Shown here: positions 37,983 through 49,573 of the stretch, piece by piece
Layout of the letters: each line of letters opens with the position of its first letter
Numbering within the stretch: the first letter of the stretch is position 1
Source of the DNA: Vicinamibacteria bacterium
GTDB taxonomy: Bacteria > Acidobacteriota > Vicinamibacteria > Fen-336 > JAGNNV01
Length of the DNA stretch: 64,000 nucleotides
NCBI GenBank assembly: GCA_031412915.1
Contig: JANODX010000123.1
Coordinates: 61,182 to 125,181, forward strand
Direction: 5' to 3'
The notes under the pieces: model-generated
Database searches by the model: none
What the model was told of the DNA's origin: nothing
The model's input: the letters and a program-made list of their open reading frames with translations, nothing else
Translations under genes and position numbers: made by a program

Positions 37983-38471
37983 CTATTTGCGTTCTAGAAC
38001 GTTGAGAAGCGCCTTCAGCTCTTCCTTGACTTCCTGGAGGATGGCGCGCGTCTTGTCGTCCCGGGCCACCGCCGGCTCCCCCGACGTGTCCGGATGGGCC
38101 ATGGCCGCCCGGATCGCGGCGGCCGACGGAGTAGGCCCGATTTTCGCGTCCGGCTCGGCGCCGTCGAAAGCGCTCTCCAATGCGGCGGGCGAAACCGGCG
38201 TCACGACTCGGCCCGCCTGCTCCTGCTCGATCTTCTTGCGCGCGCCGGCCACCGTGAAGCCTTCGCCATAGAGCAGTTCTTTGATCCGGATGACCGTCTC
38301 GATGTCTCGACGCCGGTAGATCCGCTGACCGGAACTGTTCTTGGCGGGCGCCAGGGTCGGGAACTCGGTCTCCCAGTACCGCAACACGTAGGGCTGGATG
38401 TCCGTGAGTTCGCAGACCTCGCCGATCTTGAAGAACAGCTTGTTCGGTATCTTGCGCTCGGTCACGTGCAT
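37983..38471 (-). CDS. MerR-family transcriptional regulator
   Basis: N-terminal FKIGEVCELTDIQPYVLRYWETEFP is a MerR HTH. Lies downstream of ihfA, as in many bacteria. Confidence 0.8.
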   Translation of the reverse strand: MHVTERKIPNKLFFKIGEVCELTDIQPYVLRYWETEFPTLAPAKNSSGQRIYRRRDIETVIRIKELLYGEGFTVAGARKKIEQEQAGRVVTPVSPAALESAFDGAEPDAKIGPTPSAAAIRAAMAHPDTSGEPAVARDDKTRAILQEVKEELKALLNVLERK

Positions 38472-38488
38472 TCAGACTCGGGCCGACA

Positions 38489-38782
38489 TCAAGCGGAGGC
38501 TTCCGGTGAAATCGCGGCCGCCTCAACCTGGGGAGAAGACCTGAAAAAGATCGACTTCCGCGACCGGATGGCGATGATGTCGCCGGTCTTGGGGTTTCGG
38601 CCCCGGCGCTCGCGGCGAGTCTTGACGAGAAACGTCCCGAATCCCGTGATTTGGACCTTTTCACCACGCAGCAGACGCTCGCGAAGGAGGCGAAAGAAGG
38701 TGTCGACAAGGCGCGCAGCTTCACGACTGGACAGGCCGCCGTGACGTTCGTACACGGCGCGGGCGATGTCGGCCTTGGTCAA
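38489..38782 (-). CDS. ihfA: integration host factor subunit alpha (HU/IHF family)
   Basis: 97 aa; MTKADIARAV..., GFGTF and RNPKTGD HU/IHF motifs. Confidence 0.85.
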   Translation of the reverse strand: MTKADIARAVYERHGGLSSREAARLVDTFFRLLRERLLRGEKVQITGFGTFLVKTRRERRGRNPKTGDIIAIRSRKSIFFRSSPQVEAAAISPEASA

Positions 38783-38885
38783 ACGAAGACTCCTAACCTG
38801 GAGACGAGGGGAGGGGGGGTCGGAATGAAGAGAGCGGAGAAAAATTCACTACATCAGCGCTTTAGACCGATGCAATTAAACGAGA

Positions 38886-40385
38886 TTATGAATGGCGGAC
38901 AGATCGCTTGTCAATCCGAGTTTTTCGAACCTCTAAATGACTTGAACTGTCCTGAGGTATCTCTTTTCCGCTGTTTGGTTTACCATCGGTTCTGGGCCTG
39001 GGAATCGCCTTCCTCATCTTGAACGACTGAGGTCCGGAGCGGGAGCGCCGCACCCTGAGCCAGATCCGAATCGGCGACCCCTCGAACCCGAATTCCTTTC
39101 GCAGGCAGTTGATCAGAAAGCGTTCGGACGAGAAGTGCAGCTCGCCCTCCCGATTGACCGAGAGTGTGAACGTGGGCGGGTCGACGCGGATTTGCGCGGC
39201 GTAGAGAAGGTTGACGCCCTCGGCGCCCTTCTTGAACCTTATGGGATTCCGAGCCACCGCGTCCTGAAGGCAGCGGTTGAGGGGTCCGGTGGGAACCCGG
39301 CGCGACCACTCCACCCGGGCGTGGTCGATGGCCGTGAAAAGGTCTTTCCGCCCCATCCCGGTCTTGGCGGAGACGAGCACGACCGGCGCGTACTCGAGGA
39401 ACTTGACGCGATAGGAGAACTCTTCGCGCATCTGGGCCGACGTCTTGTTCAGCGTCTTCGCGAGGTCCCACTTGTTCACCGCCACCACCACCGCCCGGCC
39501 CGACTCCTGAATCAGGCCGGCAATCGTCGCATCCATTTCGCGCATGCCGTCCTCGGCCGAAACCAGGAGGACGCAGACTTCAGCCCGATCGATGGCTCGC
39601 TTGGCCTGGACCACGGCCACATGATCCGCCCCGTCCTCCAGCAACCGGACTTTACGGATGCCGGCGGTATCGACGAAAAGGTACGGCTTGCCCTGCCAGG
39701 CGACCAGGGAGTCGACGGCATCCCGGGTGGTCCCGGAAACCGGGGAGACGATCGAGCGCTCCTCGCCCACGAGGCGGTTGAGCATCGACGATTTCCCGAC
39801 GTTGGTGCGGCCAACCAGGGCCACTCGAACGGGATGGACGTTCTCGTCCTTTTCCTGTATCTCGGGCGCCTTCACGACCTTGCAGACGAGGTCGAGAAGA
39901 TCGCCGATCCCCTCGTTGTGTTCGGCTGAGATCGGGAATGGTTCGCCAAAACCAAGGCGAGCGAACTCGTTGGTCTCGCGCCGGCTCGCTTCCGCCTTGT
40001 TGATGACCAGTAGAACGGGCTTGCCTGAAGAGCGGACCTTCCGAGCGAGAGCCTGGTCGTCCGGGAGGAGGCCGGACTGCGCATCGACAAGCAGGACGAC
40101 CAGGGCGGCCTGACCGATGGCCACATCGGCCTGGGCTTTGCTCAGCTTGAGGAAGAGTTCGTCGGCCCCCGGGGATAGCCCGCCCGTATCGACGATCCTG
40201 AACTCCTTTCTCTGCCATTCGACCCGGCCGTAGGCCCGGTCCCGGGTGGACCCCGGCTTGGAATCGACAATGGCCTGCCTTCGCCCGGTAAGCCGATTGA
40301 AAAGAGTGGACTTACCCACATTGGGCCGGCCTACCACCGCAACCAGCGGTAAAGCGTCGATTTCGGTTGTGGATTCAGGCGTCAC
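38886..40385 (-). CDS. der: ribosome-associated GTPase Der (EngA), double GTPase
   Basis: Two G domains (VAVVGRPNVGKSTLFN and VALVGRTNVGKSSMLN), a KH-like C-terminal domain, plus a basic tail. Confidence 0.95.
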   Translation of the reverse strand: MTPESTTEIDALPLVAVVGRPNVGKSTLFNRLTGRRQAIVDSKPGSTRDRAYGRVEWQRKEFRIVDTGGLSPGADELFLKLSKAQADVAIGQAALVVLLVDAQSGLLPDDQALARKVRSSGKPVLLVINKAEASRRETNEFARLGFGEPFPISAEHNEGIGDLLDLVCKVVKAPEIQEKDENVHPVRVALVGRTNVGKSSMLNRLVGEERSIVSPVSGTTRDAVDSLVAWQGKPYLFVDTAGIRKVRLLEDGADHVAVVQAKRAIDRAEVCVLLVSAEDGMREMDATIAGLIQESGRAVVVAVNKWDLAKTLNKTSAQMREEFSYRVKFLEYAPVVLVSAKTGMGRKDLFTAIDHARVEWSRRVPTGPLNRCLQDAVARNPIRFKKGAEGVNLLYAAQIRVDPPTFTLSVNREGELHFSSERFLINCLRKEFGFEGSPIRIWLRVRRSRSGPQSFKMRKAIPRPRTDGKPNSGKEIPQDSSSHLEVRKTRIDKRSVRHS

Positions 40386-40479
40386 ATCGTCTATCCTAAT
40401 TGCAAGAGCCCTTGCTGCTAGCCAGGGAGCTAATGAACGTAGGCGTTTCCTGCCCTAGAAATCCGCAGAAGGAAGTCCG

Positions 40480-40794
40480 ATGAGCCTCATCAAGGCCGAT
40501 CTCATTGATCAGATTGCACTAGCAGCCGATCTCACCCGCGTCCGGGCCGAGATGGCCGCCGAAGCCGTCATCGAGTCGTTCAAGGAAGCGCTCCTGAGCT
40601 CGCAGCGCATCGAGATCCGCGGATTTGGCGTGTTCATCATTCGGCCCCGGAAGCGCGGGATCGGCCGGAATCCCAGAACGGGCCAGGAGGTTCCGATTCC
40701 TCCCGGTCGCAGCATCCGCTTCAAGCCCGGCAAAGAGATCGAGTCGACCGAGATCGTCTCCTCGCCCCCCGAAACCCCAAAACCCACAGAGTAG
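40480..40794 (+). CDS. ihfB: HU/IHF-family DNA-binding protein (probably IHF beta)
   Basis: 104 aa; GFGVF...RNPRTG HU/IHF fold motifs. Confidence 0.85.
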   Translation: MSLIKADLIDQIALAADLTRVRAEMAAEAVIESFKEALLSSQRIEIRGFGVFIIRPRKRGIGRNPRTGQEVPIPPGRSIRFKPGKEIESTEIVSSPPETPKPTE

Positions 40795-40805
40795 CGAGGC
40801 CTGGG

Positions 40806-40962
40806 CCCTTCGACGCTTCGACAGGCTCAGCGCAGGCAAGCTCAGGGACCCTGGCAGACTGCAAACGGTGGCTGAGCTCGTCGAAGCCACCGTCGATCCC
40901 TTCGACGCTTCGACAGGCTCAGCGCAGGCAAGCTCAGGGACCCTTCGACAGGCTCAGGGACC
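40806..40962. repeat. REP-like interspersed repeat cluster (two 45-bp units and one 20-bp partial unit) downstream of ihfB
   Basis: CCCTTCGACGCTTCGACAGGCTCAGCGCAGGCAAGCTCAGGGACC occurs at 40806-40850 and 40898-40942. CTTCGACAGGCTCAGGGACC follows at 40943-40962. The same family occurs inverted at 62172-62262. Confidence 0.85.
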
Positions 40963-40989
40963 CCAGGCAGACCCTGGTACCGCCGCCTT

Positions 40990-43461
40990 CTACATGAGGC
41001 TCATGGGGTCCACATCGACCGCGAGGCCCGGGAATCGCAAGGGGCCAAACTCCGCGATCAGCGCTTCATGGACGGTCTGGTGGATGAGGCTCCGCTTGCC
41101 TCGTACGACCACTTGATAGCGGAACTCGTCTCGAACCTTCGACAACGGTGAGGGCGCTGGGCCGAGGACGCCCGCCTTCAACGTCGCCTTCAGACGCCGA
41201 GCGATGCTTCGCGCGTTCTTCGCCACCTCATCCTCGACCGGGCCGCGAAACTGCAGGTTGATCATGGCCTCGTGAGGCGGGTAGCCCATGGTGCGTCGGA
41301 ACTCCATCTCACGATCGAAGAATGCGTCGTAGTCCTGGTTCTGGGCGAATTCGATCGCGTAGTGCCTGGGATTGTGGGTCTGGAGCAGAACCTCGCCCGG
41401 AAGGTCGGCCCGCCCCGCCCGGCCCGCCACCTGAGTGAGCAGCGCAAACGTCCGCTCGGCGGATCTGAAGTCGGGAAGGCCAAGGCCGACGTCGGCGTCG
41501 ATCACGCCCACCAGGGTGACCTTGGGGAAATCATGGCCCTTCGCGATCATCTGGGTTCCCACCAGGATGTCGGTCTCGTGACCCTCGAACCGGTGCAGGA
41601 CGTTCTCGACCGCGCGCCTCCGGGCCGCGATGTCGCGGTCGATCCGGTCGATGCGCGAGTCGGGGAACGCGGCCTGGAGGACCTCGGCCACCCGCTGCGT
41701 GCCGTACCCCTGAAGGCGAAGATAGTCGCCTCGACAGGCCGAGCAACGGCTGGGCGTTGCCTTCGTCAGACCGCAGTAGTGACACTGCGCCTGTTCGCCG
41801 CGGCGGTGAAGGACAAGAGCCACCGAGCAGTGCGGGCACTGCGCGGAGGCCCCGCACTCGCGGCACACCAGGCTCGTCGCATAGCCGCGCCGGTTCAGGA
41901 GCAACACCGTCTGCTCCTTCCTGACCAGGCGTTCGCCAATGGCGTCGATGAGGGGCGGGGTGAGGATCGCGGTCGGAACCTTCAGTTTCTTCCGGTCGAT
42001 AATGTGGACGCGGGCCAGGCCCATGGGGCCCACCCGCGTTCGCAGGCGCAGCCAGGCGTAGCGACCCTTGATGGCGTTCAGGCGCGACTCCATCGAAGGG
42101 GTGGCCGAACCCAGCAGGATCACCGCCTTCTCGAGCCGGGCGCGATAGACCGCGACATCCCGGCCGTGGTAGCGCGGCGCATCTTCCTGCTTGTAGGCCG
42201 AGTCATGTTCTTCATCGACCACGATGAGGCCCAGGTTCTTTAGGGGCGCGAACACCGCCGACCGCGCTCCCACCACGACCCTAGCCTCGCCGCGTCGCGC
42301 TCGCCACCATTCGTCGTGCCGGACACCCTCGGCCATATCGCTGTGGAGCACGCTCACCGCATCGCCGAACCGCTCGCGCGCGGCCCGCACCAAAGTCGAG
42401 GTGAGACCGATCTCCGGAACCAGGAGAAGTGCCGTCTTGCCGAGTTCCAGCGCCTTCTGGGCGGCGCGGAGGTAGATCTCGGTCTTGCCGCTTCCCGTCA
42501 CCCCTTCAAGAAGAATGGGCGCGAACTCGGATTCGCCGAGAGCGACCGCGACTTTCGTGTCGGCCTCCGACTGCTCGGGGGTGAGAATGCGCTCCTCGGG
42601 CCGCACGGGGCGGAGGGCGCGCTCAACATTGGGGTCGGGCCGGCGTTCGGACACTTCCATGCCGATGGTCACGAGACCCTTCTTCTCGAGCGATTTCAAG
42701 GCCTGACGCCTCGACGCCACTTCACCGACGATGTCTCGAACCGCCGCGGAGCCACCTCTCTCCTTCAACCGCGCCGCCACTTCCAGGGCCCGGCCGCTCA
42801 ATTCCGCAGCCTCAATCCCGGGCTCCGCCGTCGCGACCTGCACTCGCTGAAAATCGGTGGTCGCAAGTTCCGCCTCGAATTCGATGAGGCCCAACTGGTC
42901 GAGTTTCAGGAGACGAGCGGTTACATCCTTATCGAGGCGCGCGGCCAAACCCCCAACCGACATCTGACCCCCGGCGTCCCGAAGCGCTTGAAGCACGGGA
43001 TCGCTCGCGGCCGCAGTGAGACTCCCGGGCGACCCCACAGCCTTCAGCCGGACGAGGCGTTTCGAAGCCCGCACACCCCCGGGCGGAGCCACCAGACGCG
43101 TGGCCTGACCTATCGGACCGATGTAGTAATCGGCCACCCACAGGGCCAGTTCCAGCAGACGTTCCGTGACGAGGGGTTCTTCGTCCAGGACTGCGGTGAG
43201 GTTCTTGGAGACGACGCCTTCCTTGGGCCTCGCCTCCCCGTTTACCACGACACCCATCACCCGCCGCTTGCCGAAGGGAGCTTCAACGCGCGACCCCCTC
43301 GGCACATCGGGCCATCCCGGGGGGACGCGATACGTCATGGGCTGCATCAATGGCAGGGGAAGGGCCACGTCGACGAAACGATCGGAGGCGGCCTCGGGCT
43401 CGGTCAGATCAGGAAGGGATTTCTGCTGCATGGCGCGGGCTCTCCTACCGGTGGCCTGCAC
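40990..43461 (-). CDS. priA: primosomal protein N' (replication restart helicase PriA)
   Basis: Helicase motifs (LLEGVTGSGKTE, DEEH), a Cys4 zinc finger (CRECGASAQCPHCSVAL...CHYCG) and the C-terminal helicase domain. Confidence 0.95.
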   Translation of the reverse strand: MQATGRRARAMQQKSLPDLTEPEAASDRFVDVALPLPLMQPMTYRVPPGWPDVPRGSRVEAPFGKRRVMGVVVNGEARPKEGVVSKNLTAVLDEEPLVTERLLELALWVADYYIGPIGQATRLVAPPGGVRASKRLVRLKAVGSPGSLTAAASDPVLQALRDAGGQMSVGGLAARLDKDVTARLLKLDQLGLIEFEAELATTDFQRVQVATAEPGIEAAELSGRALEVAARLKERGGSAAVRDIVGEVASRRQALKSLEKKGLVTIGMEVSERRPDPNVERALRPVRPEERILTPEQSEADTKVAVALGESEFAPILLEGVTGSGKTEIYLRAAQKALELGKTALLLVPEIGLTSTLVRAARERFGDAVSVLHSDMAEGVRHDEWWRARRGEARVVVGARSAVFAPLKNLGLIVVDEEHDSAYKQEDAPRYHGRDVAVYRARLEKAVILLGSATPSMESRLNAIKGRYAWLRLRTRVGPMGLARVHIIDRKKLKVPTAILTPPLIDAIGERLVRKEQTVLLLNRRGYATSLVCRECGASAQCPHCSVALVLHRRGEQAQCHYCGLTKATPSRCSACRGDYLRLQGYGTQRVAEVLQAAFPDSRIDRIDRDIAARRRAVENVLHRFEGHETDILVGTQMIAKGHDFPKVTLVGVIDADVGLGLPDFRSAERTFALLTQVAGRAGRADLPGEVLLQTHNPRHYAIEFAQNQDYDAFFDREMEFRRTMGYPPHEAMINLQFRGPVEDEVAKNARSIARRLKATLKAGVLGPAPSPLSKVRDEFRYQVVVRGKRSLIHQTVHEALIAEFGPLRFPGLAVDVDPMSLM

Positions 43462-43471
43462 AAAGCCCTTG

Positions 43472-44278
43472 CTAGTCGGCGCGCGGACCCAGCATGTCCA
43501 TCACGAGTTTCAGATCTTCCCAGACCGTCTTTTTAGCGGACGGATTTCGGAGCAGGTATGCCGGGTGGTACGTCGGCATTACGGGAATGCCGTCCCACGA
43601 AGCGAAGCGGCCCCGGAACCTTGAAATAGGATCCGCGGTTTTCGCCATGAACTTTCCCGCGGTGGCGCCCAGCGCCACGATCACCCTTGGCTGAATGGCC
43701 TTGATCTGCGCTTCGAGGAAGGGCTGGCAGGTCAGGATCTCATCCGTCTCGGGCGGCCGATTGCCCGGGGGCCGGCACTTGATGACGTTCGCGATGAAGA
43801 CATCCGCCCGCTTCATTTTCATGCCCTTCTCGACCATGTCGGTCAGCAGTTGGCCGGCCCGACCCACGAAGGCGAGCCCTTGAACGTCCTCATCGGCACC
43901 CGGCGCCTCGCCCACGAACATCAACTCCGCGGCCGCGTTCCCCTGGCCGTGCACGATCTTGGTGCGGCCTTCACAGAGTCGGCATCGCTTACAGTCGCCG
44001 ATGTCGTCCTTTATCGACTGCAGCGCGATTTCGATGGCGCCGGCATCGCGCTCGACACCAGCGTTGCGAGCCTCCAGGGTGGCAAGCGTCTCTGGAGCGG
44101 CCACCCGCATCGGCGGGATCGGCGCGGGCGCGGCGGACGCGGTCAGGGCGGGAGGGATCTTGCGCCCGGCTTGACGGCCCCTCTTCTCCGCCTTGACCCC
44201 GATGCGGTCGAGCGATCCGAGGAACTTCCCCATCGCCACGAGGTCGTGCAGAACCGGATCATCCATGGGGCAGAGCAT
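43472..44278 (-). CDS. uracil-DNA glycosylase, family 4 (Fe-S type) with N-terminal extension
   Basis: CKRCRLC...LMFVGEAPGADED...FVGRAG motifs of UDG family 4. Confidence 0.8.
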   Translation of the reverse strand: MLCPMDDPVLHDLVAMGKFLGSLDRIGVKAEKRGRQAGRKIPPALTASAAPAPIPPMRVAAPETLATLEARNAGVERDAGAIEIALQSIKDDIGDCKRCRLCEGRTKIVHGQGNAAAELMFVGEAPGADEDVQGLAFVGRAGQLLTDMVEKGMKMKRADVFIANVIKCRPPGNRPPETDEILTCQPFLEAQIKAIQPRVIVALGATAGKFMAKTADPISRFRGRFASWDGIPVMPTYHPAYLLRNPSAKKTVWEDLKLVMDMLGPRAD

Positions 44279-44330
44279 AAGAGGGACTCAAGGCTTGCCG
44301 GGTCCCAACGCGGAGATGGCCTTCCGAGAA

Positions 44331-45005
44331 TCAGTCTCCCTCCCCCACCGCCGTAATGTCGGCGACCGTCAATTCCGTCAACGAGTCGATCACATAGTGT
44401 GCATCCTTTAACTGCTCCCGCGGATGAGAGTTCGTCACCCCGACCACGCGCAGCGCGGCCGCTCGCGCCGAGGCGATTCCGTGGATCGAGTCCTCGAAGG
44501 CCACGACACCCTGAGCTGAATGGACGGCATCGACAAGCCCCCGCGCTTTCAGGTAAGACTCCGGATGCGGCTTCCTGTGGCTGACGTCGTTGACGGACAC
44601 GATTCCCCGGAACATGCCCAGGAGGTGGTCCCGGCGCAGGAGGGACTCAATCTCGCTTCGCGGCGACCCCGACGCTATCGCCAGGGGCACGCCGGCTTCG
44701 CTCAGGAACCCGATCACTGCCTTGGCACCGGGGAGAAAGCCGATAGACGAGAACAGGCCGGCGAAAACCTCCTTCTTTCGCGCCGCGAGGTGATCGACCA
44801 GCGCCGGACCCGCGCCTTGCCCGTGCTTCCGAAGGGCATGTCGGATTACGCCATGGTCGTCGTGGACCATGTAGTGCTCGGCGTATTCGCTGAAGGCGAT
44901 CTCGATCCCTGCCCCCTCGGCGAGGACGGCCCGGAATCCCTCGAAATGCACCTTCTCGCTGTCCACCAGAACGCCGTCGAAGTCGAAGATCACGCCCCGC
45001 AGCAC
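44331..45005 (-). CDS. HAD-IA family hydrolase (beta-phosphoglucomutase/phosphatase-like)
   Basis: MLRGVIFDFDGVLVDSE (DxD nucleophile motif) and downstream HAD motifs. Confidence 0.8.
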   Translation of the reverse strand: MLRGVIFDFDGVLVDSEKVHFEGFRAVLAEGAGIEIAFSEYAEHYMVHDDHGVIRHALRKHGQGAGPALVDHLAARKKEVFAGLFSSIGFLPGAKAVIGFLSEAGVPLAIASGSPRSEIESLLRRDHLLGMFRGIVSVNDVSHRKPHPESYLKARGLVDAVHSAQGVVAFEDSIHGIASARAAALRVVGVTNSHPREQLKDAHYVIDSLTELTVADITAVGEGD

Positions 45006-45324
45006 GGCCGTAGCCTACAGAAACGCGGTACTCGCTCAAGGCCCGCCGGCAAGACTTTGAACCCGATAGGCTCTCTCGCTCCCCCGGGGCGTTCAAGCGG
45101 ATCGAATTGGTGACACAGGGCCGCTCTATTTCGTTCCCAGGGACACCAACCTGTCCTGCGCCTCGGCGGCGTCCCGGGGCTTCACGAATGTCCAGACGTC
45201 CGTGTCCCTGGCCTCGCCCTCCATGGGCAGGATCATCACGTCAAAACCGCCCGCCACGATTCCAGGCCCGGTCGCGGTGTCGCAGATTGCGGCCCTTCGC
45301 CTTCGGAGGTTAGAGTCTGAGCAG

Positions 45325-46107
45325 TTGAGAGTTGCAGCGATCATCCCGGCGCGGTATGCCTCGACGAGGCTCCCGGGGAAACCTCTCTCCCTCATTCACG
45401 GCTGGCCGATGGTCCGCCATGTCTACGAACGGACCAGGAGGGCGAAAACCGTGGACGAAGTCGTGATCGCCACCGATGACGAGCGCGTGATGGCCGCGGT
45501 GCGGGGCTTCGGCGGGCGAGGGCTCCTGACCTCGCCCGCATGCCCAACCGGGACAGACCGTCTGGCCGAGGCCTCGAAACAGATCGAAGCCGATATCTAC
45601 GTCAACGTTCAGGGCGACGAACCGATGATCGACCCCCTCATGATCGACGTCGCGGTCAATGCCCTCACGTCCGATTCCAGCGCCTCCATCTCGACGCTCT
45701 CTCTTCCCCTCAGGCATTTCGACGAAATGATGTCGGACGCGGTGGTGAAAGTCGTCACCGACGCGCGGGGGCATGCCCTGTACTTCTCGCGCAGTCCCAT
45801 CCCCCACGTGCGCACCGCCGAGCGAACCCTCGAGGCCGCGGCCCGGGCGGCGATCGCCACTGGTCTCACCCGGAAGCACGTCGGCCTGTACGCCTTCCGC
45901 CGCGACGCTCTCGCCGTGTTCGCAGCACTCCCGCCCTCGCCCCTCGAAGCGCTGGAACAACTCGAACAGCTTCGCGCCCTGCACCACGGCATGAAGATCC
46001 TGGTCGAGCCCACGGCCGGCGAGGGGACGGTCGCGGTCGACACCCCGGCCGACCTCGAACGGGTTCGCGCCCTCATGGCTCCTGAACCCATCCCCACCAC
46101 CCGCTAG
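45325..46107 (+). CDS. kdsB: 3-deoxy-manno-octulosonate cytidylyltransferase (CMP-KDO synthetase)
   Basis: AAIIPARYASTRLPGKPL and the rest is KdsB-like. Start is uncertain: TTG at 45325 just before the conserved core. The ORF track begins at ATG 45202, but that 41-aa extension has poor GC3. Confidence 0.85.
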   Translation: MRVAAIIPARYASTRLPGKPLSLIHGWPMVRHVYERTRRAKTVDEVVIATDDERVMAAVRGFGGRGLLTSPACPTGTDRLAEASKQIEADIYVNVQGDEPMIDPLMIDVAVNALTSDSSASISTLSLPLRHFDEMMSDAVVKVVTDARGHALYFSRSPIPHVRTAERTLEAAARAAIATGLTRKHVGLYAFRRDALAVFAALPPSPLEALEQLEQLRALHHGMKILVEPTAGEGTVAVDTPADLERVRALMAPEPIPTTR

Positions 46108-46120
46108 CGGAGGCTGCTGA

Positions 46121-48609
<2,489 letters not shown>

Positions 48610-48611
48610 AC

Positions 48612-49571
48612 ATGAACTACGAAACGGCTCGCAAAGTCCTGCAAATCGAGGCCGACGCCATTCGCGAGCTGATTCCGAAGGTGGGCGAGACATTCGGTCA
48701 CGCCGTCGACATGCTCTTCGGCTGCACCGGGCGGGTGGTGACCACGGGCATGGGCAAAAGCGGGTTCATAGCCCAGAAGCTGTCGGCCACCCTGTCCTCG
48801 ACCGGAACTCCGTCTCTCTTCCTGCACCCGGCCGAGGCTATCCACGGCGATCTGGGACGGATCGTCAAGGGGGACGTGGTGATCGCCATCTCGTACAGCG
48901 GCGAGACCGAGGAGATCGTCGCCCTCCTCCCCACCTTGAAGCGGATCGGCGTTCCCGTCATCGCCCTCACCGGACGCATCGACTCGGCCATCGCCCTGGC
49001 TTCCGAAATCCACCTGGACGTCTCCATCCGCGAAGAGGCGTGCCCCCTGCGCCTCGCCCCCACCGCGTCCACGACCGCAGCCCTCGCCATGGGGGACGCT
49101 CTGGCCATGGTCCTGACGGAAAGGCGCGGTTTCACGGTCGAGGAATTCGCGGACCTCCATCCCGGCGGACGGCTGGGTCGCAAACTCCTGCGCGTCGAGG
49201 ACATCATGCACAAAGGGGACGACACGCCGCGGGTGCGGCCGAAAACGCCGCTCAAGGACGTTCTGTTCGAGATGACCACCAAGCGGCTCGGGATGACCAC
49301 GGTGACCGACGAGGACGGCCTCCTCCTTGGCGTGATCTCCGACGGAGACCTCCGCCGCCTGATGGAGCGGTTCGGCGCCTCGGTTCTCGGCCTTCCCGCG
49401 GAGCAGGGCATGACCAGGACGCCTCACGTCATCGCCGCAAGAGAGATCGCCACCCGCGCTCTCGACCTCATGGAGACGAACAAGATCACCGCTCTCGTGG
49501 TGGTCGACGCCGACCGGCGCGTCGAGGGCGTGATCCACCTCCACGATCTGTGGAAGACGGAGATGGTCTAG
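48612..49571 (+). CDS. kdsD: arabinose-5-phosphate isomerase (SIS + tandem CBS)
   Basis: MNYETARKVLQIEADAI..., SIS domain (VVTTGMGKSGFIAQK) and two CBS domains at the C-terminus. Confidence 0.9.
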   Translation: MNYETARKVLQIEADAIRELIPKVGETFGHAVDMLFGCTGRVVTTGMGKSGFIAQKLSATLSSTGTPSLFLHPAEAIHGDLGRIVKGDVVIAISYSGETEEIVALLPTLKRIGVPVIALTGRIDSAIALASEIHLDVSIREEACPLRLAPTASTTAALAMGDALAMVLTERRGFTVEEFADLHPGGRLGRKLLRVEDIMHKGDDTPRVRPKTPLKDVLFEMTTKRLGMTTVTDEDGLLLGVISDGDLRRLMERFGASVLGLPAEQGMTRTPHVIAAREIATRALDLMETNKITALVVVDADRRVEGVIHLHDLWKTEMV

Positions 49572-49573
49572 CC

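Noticed and set aside
37942-38724. 260-aa minus ORF spanning merR and ihfA
   Set aside because: It is in a different frame from both well-supported small genes (MerR HTH and HU/IHF motifs), so it is an overlap artefact.
41272-43536. 323-aa and 406-aa + ORFs inside priA
   Set aside because: Antisense shadows of the PriA helicase gene.
45126-45395. 89-aa minus ORF in the HAD / kdsB divergent promoter
   Set aside because: No family resemblance and mixed GC3. It overlaps the ATG-45202 extension of kdsB, which I also doubt; kept out of the feature list.
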